64,000 nt of DNA from Eledone cirrhosa (taxonomy: Eukaryota), in NCBI GenBank assembly GCA_964016885.1, contig OZ024740.1, positions 288,672,001 to 288,736,000 of the forward strand, in the 5' to 3' direction. The stretch's first letter is position 1, and every line of letters starts with the position of its first letter. The translations under genes were made by a program, and so were the position numbers. Below the pieces are notes generated by a model. The model searched no databases. It had not been told where the DNA came from and saw nothing but the letters and a program-made list of their open reading frames with translations. Shown piece by piece: positions 25,336 through 39,790 of the stretch.

Positions 25336-26212
25336 TGAGGTACACTCAAGAGGATTTGAGACTTTTATGAGAGACATTTATTTAACTCAGATCAACACAA
25401 AACTATAGTCTCCCTCAAAGTAGGATCCTCCAACCTCAATGTATTTGTTGTAGCACTCCAGCCACTTCTGGAAGGCTCCCTTGTTGTCCTCCAACATGGG
25501 TGTCCAGGGCACTTATCACAGCCTCCTTCATTTCCTCCACATCTTCAAAGTGGATACCCCTGGGCTTCTCCTTCAGCTTCGAGAACATCCAGAAGTTGAA
25601 TGGGGCTAAGTCTGGATTCTAGGGAGGATGAGAGACAGTCATGATCCCCATTTCAGCCAAGTAATTGGTCACCAGGATGGATTTATGGCAGGGGGTTGTC
25701 CTGGTGCAGGTGCTATTGACTAGACTTGAAAAGTTCTGGTCTCTTGCAACGGAATCTCTTTCTGAACTGCCTTGAAACCTCTATATAGTACTCTTTGTTG
25801 ACTGTCTGGCCATGGAGAACCCAGTGGATGAAGATGATGCCCTTGGGATCATCATGAGCATCCCAGTGGACCTACTTTTCCTGGCCTTTTGGGGTTTTTC
25901 GGAGTCAGAATGTATCCACTGGGCACTCTGTCTCTTGGACCCTAGATCATAACAGTAGACCTAGCTCTTGTCACAGGTTACCAGAGACTCAAGGAGACAT
26001 GGATTCAAAGCAATCCACTCAACCATCTCCCTGCTGTCATCAATGCACCTCTGCCTTTGATCTTCATTGAGCACCCTGAATCTTCAACCTGGAAAAAAAA
26101 AGATTTGGCACTTTAGATTATTATAACCAGATCAAGGTTGTATTAGAGTGACAGTTACAAAGGTCAATTAAAAGTAACTGAAAAGGTAAACGTCTCAAGA
26201 CTTCTTGAGTGA
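25336..26212 (-). mobile_element. Decayed, internally deleted mariner (Tc1/mariner) DNA transposon
   Basis: The minus strand translates to VTCDKS*VYCYD...KRQSAQW, KGIIFIHWV..GQTVNKEYY, HLHQDN and HPP*NPDLAP, which are mariner catalytic-domain motifs carrying stops and frameshifts. Imperfect TIRs: CACTCAAGAGGATTTGAGAC (~25343-25362) and GTCTCAAGACTTCTTGAGTG (~26192-26211). Confidence 0.9.
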
Positions 26213-29200
26213 AAGCTTAGCTGATAGATGGTAATCATGTGGTAGAGGAAAACCATTGCCCAGTTTAACACTAATATTTGACCTTTAGGTGCTTGTAGCA
26301 GTATCCATTTTGTTATAACCACTGGATAGCGCAGTTCTTGAAACCCTTACATATATTTACTCTGCTATACAAATAGAATTTCAGCAGCACAGTTCAAAAA
26401 TTAAAACAATATAGATGACGTTTGCATTAATATTCTGCAAGGATGACATGCAAGTCTTCTCTGTATAACATTCTGCATTTCATTTACTTCAAGGGACCTC
26501 TACATGGTCGCTCAATCTGCTAGAAATAACAACCAAATCTCCTCTGAACTTAAAAAAAGCAGGGGTTTTCATTGGATAATGTGATCCTTAATACATTGTG
26601 TCTGGTCTAAAGATGGGATGATCTTGCTTTATCATTCCTTCAATCATGTGTTTGTTTGATCAAGACTGACCTGAGACAAAATGACAACCTATATGAAATT
26701 AGGTTCAATACCAGAAAAAAGATTACATATTAAAAAGCAACCACAGACTTGAAAGGGTTAACCCCTATTTTTATTTTTATTTTATTTTATTTTATTTTAT
26801 TTTATTTTATTTTATTTTATTTTATTTTATTTTATTTTATTTTATTTTATTTTTATTTATTTATTGTATTTTAGCTTATCAGCTTTTGTTGTATGTCAGG
26901 TCTGAAATATTTGTTGTAGTTTATATCTTCAGTTTTATTGTATGTCTACTTTGAAGTCATTGTTTCAATTTAATTATATTTTTTTTAATTTTATTTATTT
27001 GCTGATTTTGGATATTTTTAATGCTTCAGTGACTGAAGTCTCCAGCTAACGTCAATTGTCAGTGTCTATAGCTATATACTTCAGTAAAATATCTAAAAAT
27101 ACATTTTACTATATATATATATATATATATAACAATTATGACATTTTGGTTCATTGGTAGTATGGATAGTGTCATACAGGATGATATGTAGCAAGTTATA
27201 GGTTAATAATTCCATAGTTATTAGCGTATCGTAGGATTTGGTAGAATCACCATTGTATATATATGTATGTGTATGTGTATATCTATATATACATACATAT
27301 ATATGTGCATCAAGTTTTAGTTCATGGGAAAAACTTTGTTGTTTTTTTTCCAATACTAGTATAACTGTTGAAGTAGCTTTGAAATAGTTGTTTAACCTAC
27401 CGAATCTCCTTTAACATATTTGAAACCATTTTTAAAATTGGGAACAGATATCTAAGTCCCAAATCTTGATCTGCCCTAAAGATGAGATGGTCATAACCAA
27501 AACGTGTAGTATTAGAGTACCAAGATTGAAGCTTGCTTCTAAATCATGTGATTGGCTATTTCTGTGTCCTTGATTAGTCAAATATGTTAAGGCTTGCATT
27601 TAAAATATAGTTTCCTTTATATTCTGACAAAAAAAAAACAATCTTTGAGCTTCAGCTATAATTAATGAATAGCAAAAGGAGGAGAGAACAAGCAAACCCA
27701 AGATTTTTAATAAATAGTACTTTCATGAATTTTATTTCCTTTGTGATAGCTAAACTCTGGATCTTCTAATAACAGTCTTCAGTCCTAGAGAACCTTCATA
27801 TCTGTTGCTTAATTTGTTGATTTCAATAGTAGTTTGTAACACTCTCCCACCTACACACACATTCTCTATAATCTTCAAACCTTCATGTTTTAGTCATAAG
27901 ATAAAGCAAGTGATAGAGCTGAAACAGTAGTCAAATTTGTAGTCTTTAATGCAAAGATGACAGTGGGAGTTAGTTAGATGTAAATTGGCTCTGACGAGGC
28001 AGTCATGTCAGCTGGTTGTCAAATTTGCATGTCTTTAGAGTCCATTTTTATAGTTGTAATATTATTTTCATTGTATTGTTGTTTGTAGTTTTATTTGTAA
28101 CTTCTGTTGGTAGATGTGTTGTGATGTTATTTGAAATTAGTTGTATGAAAATGTTGATAACTTATTGATGTATTGATTGTGTACAAGTGAATGCAAATAT
28201 GTTTTGAGAACTATAGGTAAATAAATTTGTAGTTTTTTTTATTTTAACATAAGCATATGTTAATGCTTGTTACTGACAAATTGATATTTCAAGGTTTTCT
28301 TATCTCCTTAATAGGAAACATGCTAGAATATGGTTTTCTTGAAGCATGGGTGTGTTGTTAGGAAATTCACATCACAACCTTGTGGTTCTGGGTTTAATAC
28401 CATTGCACACCTTTGGCAAATATCTATCAAAGTCATGGTTAAACCAATGTAGTTATGAGTGTAATTTGGTAGAGGGAAACTGCAGAAGCTCATTAGTGTG
28501 TTTTTCACTAGTATATATCAACAAGAAATCTGAAAAACCAGTGCTTTCAAATAGAAAATATTCTGTGTATTATTTGTTCCATTTGAGTTGCATAGATACT
28601 TCTTTGTCACTCGTTCCTGTTTGAAATGAACAGGGTACTTAGGAATAATGTATGTGCTCTGACCTTCCATTTGTAAGACAGCAAAGTATATGTTTAGAAA
28701 AAAAAGTGGCTGTCCTTCCTATCAGGTCAAGGAACTATATAAAAGCTTCCTCGCTACTGTGCTCATTGAAAATTCCTGGAGCTTACCATGTTGGTGAAAA
28801 TCAGTCTCAACAAATATGTACAAGAAAGACTATGAAATTTGAGAGTATAGATTTTCTGACACAGCACACTACCAATAAGATAAAAGCTGCAGCAAACATT
28901 GTAGATGCAGTAAATCAAGGATTAGCCTAGCATGTCTGTGTGGATATGAAATTTGTTTCGCAATCAGTTGCTTTCAGTTTCACTTCTACTGTGTGGCACT
29001 TGGAACTAGTATCTACTGCCATAGTCTCAGTTGACTTATACCTTGTAAATGGTATTTGGTAGGCAGAAACTGTGTGTGTCTATGTATACCAGTGAAGGAT
29101 ATAAATACTGACAAGAAAAACTAAAAACTGGTGCTTTACTAACAAAGTCACTTGAGATATTTGTTCTGCATCAAATTACATACACTCCCTTTTCACTCTT

Positions 29201-29816
29201 TCTGTCAGAAATACAATGAACCAGTATTTGGCCCATTGGAGACCACTGACTCTATTGTTGAAATAACATAATGATTTCTTATATTGGTACAAGGTCACAA
29301 ATTTATAGTTGTAGAGAGGAGGATATGATTATGTAATGTGCATGCTTTTCTCAAATGTATTAAGTGTAAGGAAGGAAATTGGCTTTGACTGGGAATCAAA
29401 AGTAGTTTAGATACTCACCTCCACAAAAGTTTGGCCTTACTACAGTTTAAAGATCAAATCATACCTTCATGATATTTGTGATGTTTAGTTTGTAGGTCAT
29501 ACCAATTGTTTAACTAAATGTGCCATATCGGCATCAATAATAGGTGACAGTCAGTGAACATAGTTGTTGTCACCTGTTTGTGTCATCGACACAGATAGTT
29601 TTTAGTAGTTGATTTCTTCAAATATTTCTAATACTTCAGACATATATACTGATACATTATAGGTTAAGCAACTGGAGCGAACTTAATTCTCTGTCTGATA
29701 GACAGTTGTGAAATATGATGATTCAGGAACATCATATATGATTGTAAAATTTCATTATAAGAAAATGTTCAAGAGATGGCACCTAATCGTCTTTGATTTT
29801 TTTTTTTTTTTACCAG

Positions 29817-30028
29817 AATTGGACCAAGAAGATGAACTAGTTGCCAAGCGTATAACACGCATTCTAACAACAGATTTCCCCATGTACTTCGCGATCGTCA
29901 CTCGCGTACGTCAAGAAAATCAAACAATTGGCTTTGAAGGTGGAATGCTCAGTTCCACAGTTGTCCCTCAAGTTCAAACCATTTTCCCTGAAGGAGCATT
30001 AACTAAGAAAATCCCTGTTGGCCTCCAG
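29817..30028 (+). CDS. Ank2: Ankyrin exon, end of ZU5-N and start of ZU5-C ([30 protein letters not shown]...[15 protein letters not shown])
   Basis: Conserved RI.T.DFP.YFA and [16 protein letters not shown] motifs. Poly-T taccag acceptor, CAG|GTAGGT donor, phase 1-0. Confidence 0.96.
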
Positions 30029-32246
30029 GTAGGTTTCTTTTTTGCTTTTATTATCATCATCATTAACAAGAAGATCAACAATGTATACAGACTAACATTG
30101 GCTGGGCTGACCCGCAATGCTGTGCGTTTCTTTGTATTGTCTCATCTCTGAAATGTGTCCACCCTATCATTTCTGTAATAGACAGTAAGGCCTCATTTGA
30201 GGAAGATTTAACTGCTATTTTTACCAGGTCAAGTGACTGTATAGTGGCTACCGTATTTGGTAATAATGTGAAGTCAGTACTACTAGTCAGCAATCATTCA
30301 TCTGTTATACAGAGCACCAGCTGTTTACAACATGGTACCTATTTACATCTAGGAGGATTAATCCATTGAGAGTGGAATGTTTTGTTTTATTCCTGTAGAC
30401 ACAGGAGAACAGAAAAGGCAAGATATGAATCATTTAGTTTTGGATTGCTAGTTCACCATATCAATGGCTACTGCCACTGGTTCAAAGATGAAATAGATTT
30501 CTTTATAAACTATACATTGGTGAGACCATACATACAATATTATTCTACTCTATACAATCTTACTGTATTACAATGTGACTGTACAGTTTTACTGTATACT
30601 GATATGTCAATGATGTTACTGTATTGGACATGTCTCAGTCATGCCAGGAGGTGTACCAAACGATGAAATACTACTGAAGTTAAGCCTTCTTATACTCAGT
30701 ATTATCTCACCTGTTGTATAATAAAGGAGGTAGTTAAGGCATCAACAGCATCTATGTTTGTTTTGTTATCACCTACAGAAATAATTAATCCATACCAACA
30801 TAGATTTAACATTTTGAAATACTCATTTTTTATCATTTGCATATTTGAAATGAGATTTTAGAATCCCAACTGAAATTCTTTGGGCTGTTGGCTTTGTCCA
30901 TTGTGTTTTTGTCTGCTACACAACATATCAATCAGTTTAGTCATCTACAATCATCTAAGAATGCTCTATATTTATTCACATACATCAACATCCATAAGTT
31001 GGGTATGAACGTGAAACTTTTATTTTACAAATGCAGCTTTTCAATACTCTCACCATTTAATATCCATCCCCAAATTCTGAAACTCTGTAGTTGTTGCTAA
31101 CATGTTTTTATCATTAGCTACATTAGATAGAATGGGGCTACATAATAGTTCATAAGCCAGCTGGATGCTATATACATGAGTGCATTTTGGTCATGTTTGT
31201 ACATAATTTTGTGTACCCAACCAGAGCCTGTATACACTTGAGTACATGCAGCTAAATAATGTCTATATATACCTGTGTGTGCCTGGCTTAGGTTTATATA
31301 TACATGAGTTCACCAATCTGTTAAGTGGATATGCTCTTGTCTAGACAACAAAACTATAATAATTCTATATATGTGTCTGTCCATGTTAAGTCTATCATAT
31401 ATCTGCATGCAGTCAGCTAAATTTTGTACACACATAAGAGAATTTAGCTGTATCTGTATCTGAATTTCTTATTCACTAAAGTGGGTGCAATGCTGTGCAT
31501 TGTGCTACACTATACTGCATATCTCACCAAGAACAACAGAAATTGTGTCAAAAATATGATGATGCCATGTTAAACCTTTCCTATAAAATCATTTATAGCA
31601 TGTTTATGATTCTTTTAGTAATTTGTTTTTATTTTTATTACCTGCCCTCTTTTTTTAATTGGATAATTACTCATCTTACATACAACAATGTGAACCACGT
31701 TCACCTCATACACACATGTGCTTGTATACACATGTACATAAATACACTGGTACAGTTAAGTACTTACAAATACATACAATCACATACTGATACGTGCACA
31801 CATATGCTTCCAAACCCTGTACCTATAAGTAGTAGAATTTAAGCAAAGACTAGATAAAAAGAGGAATGGTATTTAAAAAGATTGTTTTCTTCATTTTTCT
31901 AGCCCTCCATACAGAGGATGAGGCCAGTAAAACATTAACATTTCGCCATTGTCTTTTTATCTCACATTTTTATTAAAATATCTTCTCCCTATTTTTTTTA
32001 GCTTTTTTGTTGGGTTTTATATTTTTTTTTCAATAGTGTTTTTATAGCAAATTTTTTTCTTAGCATCTTGTGGCAACTTGAACATTTTAGATAATTTTCT
32101 TTAATAAAGATTATCTATAAATAAATGTATTTGTTTTTATTGTTTTTTTTTTGTGTGTGTGTGCCAGTGGGCTTTAGGAAATTGAATATTTAGCTTTCTA
32201 TCAAGATTTCTACCAAACTTTTCTATCATCTTTGTTGTACCATTAG

Positions 32247-32451
32247 GCTCAGCCCATTGCTCCAGAACTTGTCGCCAAGATGCTCGGCAACCGCGTGGCT
32301 GTCAGTCCTATTGTTACAGTGGCACCACGCCGCCGTAAGTTCCACAAGCCTATAACCCTCACTATACCAGTTCCGAGGGCTGCACAGAAAGGGATGATAA
32401 ATCAGTATGGTGGTGATGCACCAACTCTTCGTCTACTATGCAGTATTTCCG
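32247..32451 (+). CDS. Ank2: Ankyrin ZU5-C exon ([43 protein letters not shown]...[11 protein letters not shown])
   Basis: [11 protein letters not shown] and PTLRLLCSI hallmark motifs. cattag acceptor, G|GTAAGC donor, phase 0-1. Confidence 0.97.
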
Positions 32452-35400
32452 GTAAGCGTAAGTTGACATTTGCCTGCTTCTCTGATCTTTCCTGCATGAA
32501 TTAACCAAATAATTTTTCCTTCCCAGCGCAGTTTTGCTTTTCTTTCTTTAAAATATCTTCAAAGGCAATAAAATTTCTGGCTTCACCATAACAGTGCCCT
32601 GACCTTAACATCCAACACTCCAAACTAATGGGAAGGGCTTTAAGTTAGGATTGTGTATAATAATAAGGGTGGGATGATGATACATTATTGGACAACTAGC
32701 TCATGCCTCAATTCAAATCTACTGGCATGTAATATTTTTATCTTTAACCAGGATACCCTAGTCTGAATTCTTTAGTTTATTGGGTGCAGTGAATAGATGC
32801 CTGGACAAGTGGGGGAAGAAGTTTATCACAATAGGAATCTGGCTACTGAGTTGCAGCTCATCTGTCTTCATCACAAGGATGAAGCCATTGGTCACTTGGA
32901 AGGTTGTCACCAAGGTGACTAAGGAGTCACATCTACCCCGGTTTTGATACCAAAGTGATCCTTCTCATAGACAGACTGCCAACTAAAGCTAATGAGCTTT
33001 GTCTTCATTTTTTCTTACACATTCTCCTGAATTCCTCTGTCCATTGACAGGATTTATTTTCCATCCTATAGGGCGTCTAAAATTCACCCTCTTCATCAAG
33101 CAAGCGTGTTGGTGTTGCTAGCTTAGTCACTGAATACCTGACCAAGTGACAGGTTATACTGGGTTACATGTTACCAGTAGTGCTCAAGAGCAACTTGACA
33201 TTTGAACTGTACAATCCTAAATATTGCCAGTTTGGGGAAAATAGTACTGTAAACTGCAAGTTAAAACCAAATGTTCAGACTGTAGTAATAAAATTTAGTA
33301 AAAATGTTATATGTAATCAGTGCTTAATGGAATAATAGCTGTTGTGAATTGATTTTCAATTAATTTTGAAAATCAGTTTGGAAGGATTTAGTGAAATAAC
33401 TTACTACAAGGTTAGTATTTGGAACATAACTTAAAAATAGTTCTTATATAAAATTAAGGTGGCAGGTTCTAATTTATAAGTGAACACTTTAAAATGAGAA
33501 ATTTCATATGTTAAAATCAGAGCTGGTACCACAAGGGTTAAGCACTAAATATCTATAAATATTATCCTAGCTTGTCACTTTCTTCTGCTATTGCTTCTCT
33601 GCTGAATGCAGTGCTGTTTGGTGCACACTAACTACATCACTCTTACACACGTGTGTTTATATCACTGAAATTCACATCAACTATGTAGTTCACTGCAGTA
33701 GACATAAGACATACCACTTCAGTGCACAGAAAATATGTGCACCAGTTACCAATTGAAAACACATTGCACGCCATTATAATGGTTGAAATATTTGATATTA
33801 TCTGATCATGATCTGATGTTCAATAACTGTTATATCTATGGAGGAAAAATTCTATGTAATGGTCCCATGAATAACATCTTTTTACTCACTGGTAGCACTT
33901 TTCAAGTCAGAATAGTTTCAGAAGGAATACTATAGCTTTGATTGGCTTCTGTGTGAAAATTTATTATTATAATTAAATACTGATAATGATGATGATGTTG
34001 CTTCAAAGATTGGGTCTCTGAAAATATTTATTTTAAAATATACATTATTGGTGATGAAATGCATTAGAATAATTTTAAAACATATTTTGCTGTGAAGTTC
34101 ACCACGCAGATACTGGTTTGCATTAACTGTTGTATAGACAGCTCCTGTATCTCTGCATCAGTTAACCATAACAATTTCATGTAAGGTAACTGCAATCAAT
34201 GATGCTTGTTTGCAGCCTACAATGTCAAGTCTTAACACATGTAGCTGAGTATCAGAGGAAGATGTGTCTAAAAAAAAAAAAGAAAGAAAGAGATAGTAGT
34301 GAGATAGACTGTTGAAGAGACATATATAACATTGTGGCATAGAGAATAGTAGTATTAAAGCTCTACTTTGGAAGTATAAATCTTCACTAAAGACTTCCTC
34401 TTTTAATTTGCATCTGACATATTCTTATCAACAATATCTGTTAATTCATCCAGCTTTTATTTAACTGTAGGATATGCCAAAATATGGAAAAGACACTGCA
34501 AGTGAGAGATGTCAGCTGCCTCAATCATATGTAGGATATGTATATAAAAATAGGACACCTGAAAACAACTCATGATTAAACTAAACATAGTTTAGTTAAG
34601 AAAGACACAAGAAAGATTTTGTTAATCTAAAGATTGAGAACTCTAAGCTGACATATAGTTTGGACAGCATCTTGCTGGATTAGCTGGGGACAGCCAACAT
34701 CTTAGCATTATGTTGGACTAGCTGGGGACAGCCAGTATCATGTTGGACTAGCCAGGGACTTCAGCTCAAAACATAATATTGGACTAATTGTGGACTACCA
34801 GTGTCTCTTTGGATTAGCTAGGTACTGCTAGAATTTCTAGTATCATGTTGGACAAGGTGGGTACTAATATTATGTTAGACTGGGTGGTCTACTATAATCT
34901 GCTGCCAGATCTTTTATTTCAATTGTGGAGATATTTTAAAATGGAAGAAGTAAAAAAAAAAAAAAAATGTTTCACTGAATAGAAACTGTGAAATGGTTGC
35001 TTCACTTGGCATGGCGTTATGTCAACAGTTTTCAACTTGACCCATGTTGAAAAATGCCTTCCAAACTCTTGCTTGGCAAGAAAATCAGCAGTTGCTGAGA
35101 GCTTGGTATTAAATGACAAAAAAATCAGGTGAGACCTCAGGTAGGCCAGAGCATTCTTTTGGCAAGAGAATTCTTTGTCTTCGTAGTAGTATGTTTCTTT
35201 GTTTTAAGTTTTTGTTTTGTTTTTCTTACTGTTGTTGTTAAACATTTATTTTGGTTTGATTTTCTTTATTGGCACTGCATGAACTCTAAATGCAGCTTGT
35301 TGAGTTTATAATCCATCAACCCTGACCCCTTCTTCTAGGCAGCATCTATCTAGCATGGTATTCACTGGATATAGTTCAATGTGATATTTTAACCCTTCTC

Positions 35401-35619
35401 TATCCCAAATGTAAAATTGATGTAGGTAATAAGAAAATCTTCAAAAATCTGCAACAGAATTATGATATAATATATAATGTAATATATATATGTAGATTTA
35501 TGTATATATATTCATTTATTAAATTAATGACTCTTACAGAACTAGTTGTGTTTCCATCTCTAAAAATTCATCTCATATGTTTATATGTACATGCATGTAT
35601 ATATGTGTGTATATATATA

Positions 35620-35671
<52 letters not shown>

Positions 35672-38632
35672 ACATACATGCACACCTGTGTGTGTGAATA
35701 GAGAGAGAAAGCAAAAGAGATTGGAATAATTCCAATGAAAAAGTAGGAAAAGTTATGTTTTAGGAATTAATTCTTACTTGCATATTTACATAATAATTTT
35801 TCGAATTTTGGAGTAGTTTCTTTAAAAGAAAACTACATTGTTGTCATTTTTGTGATAACTCCAATATTTTGTCTTCGTCTTTGGTGTTCAGTTCAGGCAC
35901 CTAACTTCAAAATGATTCAAGATGATGAAAAATTCAAAATAAATTTTCTCTAAAACATAAACCATGCTTCAGCCTCTACAGTGAGTCTATTGTTATCTGC
36001 AGCTATCAGCTTCTGTAAGGTGTCTAGTTGAGCAATATTACAGTTTACCCAAATGAATATAACTATTACTCTGTTGTGGGTTTGTGTATTCTGTGTGTTA
36101 GCTTTTTAATTTCTTTGAGTTACCTGCATTCAGATGGGCAAAGATATTTTTGGCACACCTATGCTTAACCCTTTTGTTACCAAATTAAAGACACTGCTTA
36201 AGATTTCCAAATAATTTTGAAAATCATCAAGAATTTGGAGGGATTTAATAATTTATTAATCTGCTGCTTGGAACATAACATAACAAAGGTTCCTACATTA
36301 AATTATGATGGAAGGTTTTTTTAGAAAAATATAAAACACTTCCATGATTTACTTCAAATATTCTGAGGAGACTGAAATCTTTTTTTTTTTACTTTGAAAT
36401 AGTGAAGGGTTTTCTAGTGTTGTTTTATCTGTGGACTGTTTTCATCCCCTCTCTATCTACCTGTGTTGTATCATACATAACTGAACTACATTTTTGAAGA
36501 AATGTTCCACATATTTCTAATTTTCATCTAGAGGAATTTTTATTTAGCCCCAGGTCAACTCTGGTTGAGCAATCATATGATCAAAGACATTCAAGTTAGG
36601 ACCAGCCTATTTTTTTTTTCACCCCTCTCTCTGACATTGAATGTATCTAGTACTACATTATCGAATGTGTTGTTCAAATGTTACAGTTTAATTTGAGGGA
36701 AATTTAACTATTATTCATAGAATGTTGAATGACCGCATAAAAGTTTCCTCATTTGCTCTGATGAAATTTTACAGCTAGTGCTTATATATTTAGTATAGTC
36801 ATTTGAAAAGTTGCCCCCCTCCCCACAACAACTTGTGATTCTATGAAGTGTTAATTTTCCAGAAGAAATTGAGCACAAAAATTCTAGTTGTTAACAATAA
36901 AAGAGTGTAAATCAAGCATAACATGATGTATAGAGCTGAATTGTTAACACAACATAAACGTGTTGTGGGAATTCATTGCATAGAGAATACCTTATATCAT
37001 TAAATTGGGGGCCTCACATTTTAGATTTTAGGGGTTAGGCAATAAACAAAGCATTAGTAGATTACACTCAGAGCCAAGATACCAATATTCCAGTCCCCAA
37101 ACAAAAAAATGGTTGGATGATGAAGGAGACCTTGTGTATAACAAGATCAAGTTAACTCCACAGAAAGGCTTCCAAATCACATGCTTTGCTTTGTTAATTT
37201 TCACTACTTTATTAATTACTATTTATTATTGATTGATTTTTTTTTTTTTTACTTATTCTTGACAAATTTATTATAATTTAAATATTTTAAAAAAATTTGC
37301 TTAATTATTTCATACCAAACTAATTTGCTATCCTTTGTATTTGATACTACTGCATCCTTATTTATCATTTTCTATTTGATTCTTAAGGAACCTTATACTA
37401 AAAGGGTAAAATAAGGGCTAACGATTTGCCTGTCGTTAGTCTAAATTAGTTGCTTATTTATGTTTGGTTCATTCTAGGGTCTCATCTTTTCAGTTTTTCG
37501 ATCTATTGATTTTTTTTAACTTTTTAACTTTTTTGAAATATGTTAAACATGTTATCTGCCAGGTACACTAAAGCAGAGTTATGTGCCTTGTTCAGGGTCA
37601 TGCCAAAATAGCTGTAGTTCTAGTAGTAGTTGTAGCAGCAGCAGTAGTAGTTATAGAAGTAAGGTTTTAATTTATGGCCATATGATCAGTAATAAAACGA
37701 TAGTCATTAGAATTGGTAGGCTAATGATTGTCTGTGTTGAGAAGAATTAAAGTGATGTACATTATATTATTGCCAAAGGGAGGATGAAAAATGTGAAAAA
37801 TCAATGACAAAAAAATTAAAATAAAATAAACATTAGTTTCAACTTCATCCATACAGTCATATGGATCATATCAGTATTTTTTAATACCATGTGGTTGGTA
37901 GTCAGTAATCCAACATTGTAACCTCACAGTTTATTCCTATAGGGAGTGTGGGAAGCAAATTCTCCCTTGTCTTCTGTAGAACAAACTGTTCAGCATGCCT
38001 CTTCCATTTTAGCTGTTGTCTTCAGAATTTGTTGTTGTTATTTGTTAGACATTGTAGAACAGATGTAGGTTCCTGGTGAACCTGCCTGTGATTTCTATTC
38101 CCATGTCATTTTTACCTAGGTTGATAATATACCCTTGACGAAAGCAAAAATGTCACACCTTATGTCAATCCACTCATGTTGCTAATATGCCCTGAGCAAC
38201 CTTAGCAAAGGCATGAATATTACAACAGCCCATATACTATTTCAGTCATAAAATCTCTCTGACTTTCATGCCAACAGCAGAAATTGCTATTTATATGTAT
38301 GCAAATAGCTATTATAAGTAGGAAACTATTGGGAAAATTTAAATCTCTGGGTTTCTGGTATGTATATGTGTGTGTGTGTGTGTATATATATATATCACAC
38401 ACGCACTAAAGAAACTACAAATTTAAAATTTTGCATCAGTTGCCTACTTAATTTCTCTTCTTTTTCCCAGTGAAAAAATGACAAAATTTTAAATCATATT
38501 TTGAGGTGTATATATGAGGCTGTCTTATATATTTCAGAAATAATGAACTGCCAAATTTCTTAAGTATTATTATTACTTGACTGATGAAAAACATTGTTAG
38601 CCTCTTAACTTTGTCTTTTATTTTCATTTTAC

Positions 38633-38672
<40 letters not shown>

Positions 38673-39466
38673 AAAACAAAACAATATTTCAAATGATTTA
38701 GCCACTTTTTACCATAAAAACACAGCTTCAGGTTATCTGAAAACTTGCCATTTTTAGGTATGTAGGTCAGTTGATAGCGGAATTAGTAGAGCATGAAATA
38801 AAACAAATTATGGTATTTGTTCGCATCTCTTTACATTCTCAGTTCAAATTCTACCCAGGCCGACTTCTTTTTACATCCTTCTGAGGTCAATAAAATAGAG
38901 ATGTACTGGGCTTAATATAATATTCCTCAGTGTCACCACAGTACAATGACTGAAATCAGTCAGTTAGGCAGAAATGTTTTAAAGATGATTTAAACAATTT
39001 TATGTCAGTCTGTTATTGTTGACTTCATGTTTTTTGTATTTTGTGGGAAGGATTTGCTTTCAGTAAAACTGAACATATGAAACAGTTTGGTTTCTGCAAA
39101 TTCATTCCCAGCTTAATCACAGGTACATATACTACAAAAACATGGTTGATGTCAGAAAAGGCATCTGGTCATAGAAAACTTATAATTATCACAAACGATT
39201 TGTAATAATTAAAAATATGAAATTTTTAAACACAAATAATGGAGCTAATATTTTTTTAATTGAATGACTGGGCAGCAAGAATACAACTTTTCCTTTTTAC
39301 TCCAATATCATGATAGTGCTTCATTAATACAAGAACATTGAGCCAGTTCTCAACTATGAACATCAAACACATGTGACTTGTCTACCATACTTTGCTCTGA
39401 GTCTGAAATTTGAAGCACATAATGTGTGTGTGTGTGTGTATATATATATATTTGTGTGTGTGTATA

Positions 39467-39790
39467 GGCACATGGCTTAGTGGTTCGAGCATTGGCCTTG
39501 CAATCGAAAGGTTGTGAGTTCAATTCTCAGACTGGGTGATGTGTTGTTTCCTTGAGCAAGACACTTTATTTCACATTGCTCCAGTTTACTCAGCTGTAGA
39601 AATGAGATGATAGGGACTGGGGTCCCTATCGTTCCACTGCAAAGTGGTCGTGGGGGTGCCATGGCAAAAAAGGACCCAGCACTCACTGTAAATGAGGTTG
39701 GTGTTAGGAAGGGCATCCAGCTGTAGAAATCAGTTCCCGTCCCACCCTTGCAAGCAGGGAAAAGTGGACGTAAAATGAAATGATGATATA
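39467..39790 (+). mobile_element. Second tRNA-derived SINE family
   Basis: The head TGGCTTAGTGGTT...GAGTTCAATTC is followed by CCTTGAGCAAGACACTTTATTTCACATTGCTCCAG, then a GGAAGGGCATCCAGC segment and a TGATGA tail. Related copies lie at approx. 17690-17825 (-), 9950-10145 (+) and 59955-60065 (+). Confidence 0.78.

Noticed and set aside
37388-37405. Possible 18-nt microexon (ttaag|GAACCTTATACTAAAAGG|gtaaaa, EPYTKR in phase 0)
   Set aside because: The host intron is phase 1, and in that frame it reads GTLY-stop. It could only be a poison exon, and its donor is weak.
39467-39545. tRNA gene
   Set aside because: A/B-box-like motifs are present but continue into a SINE body, and I could not fold a convincing cloverleaf.
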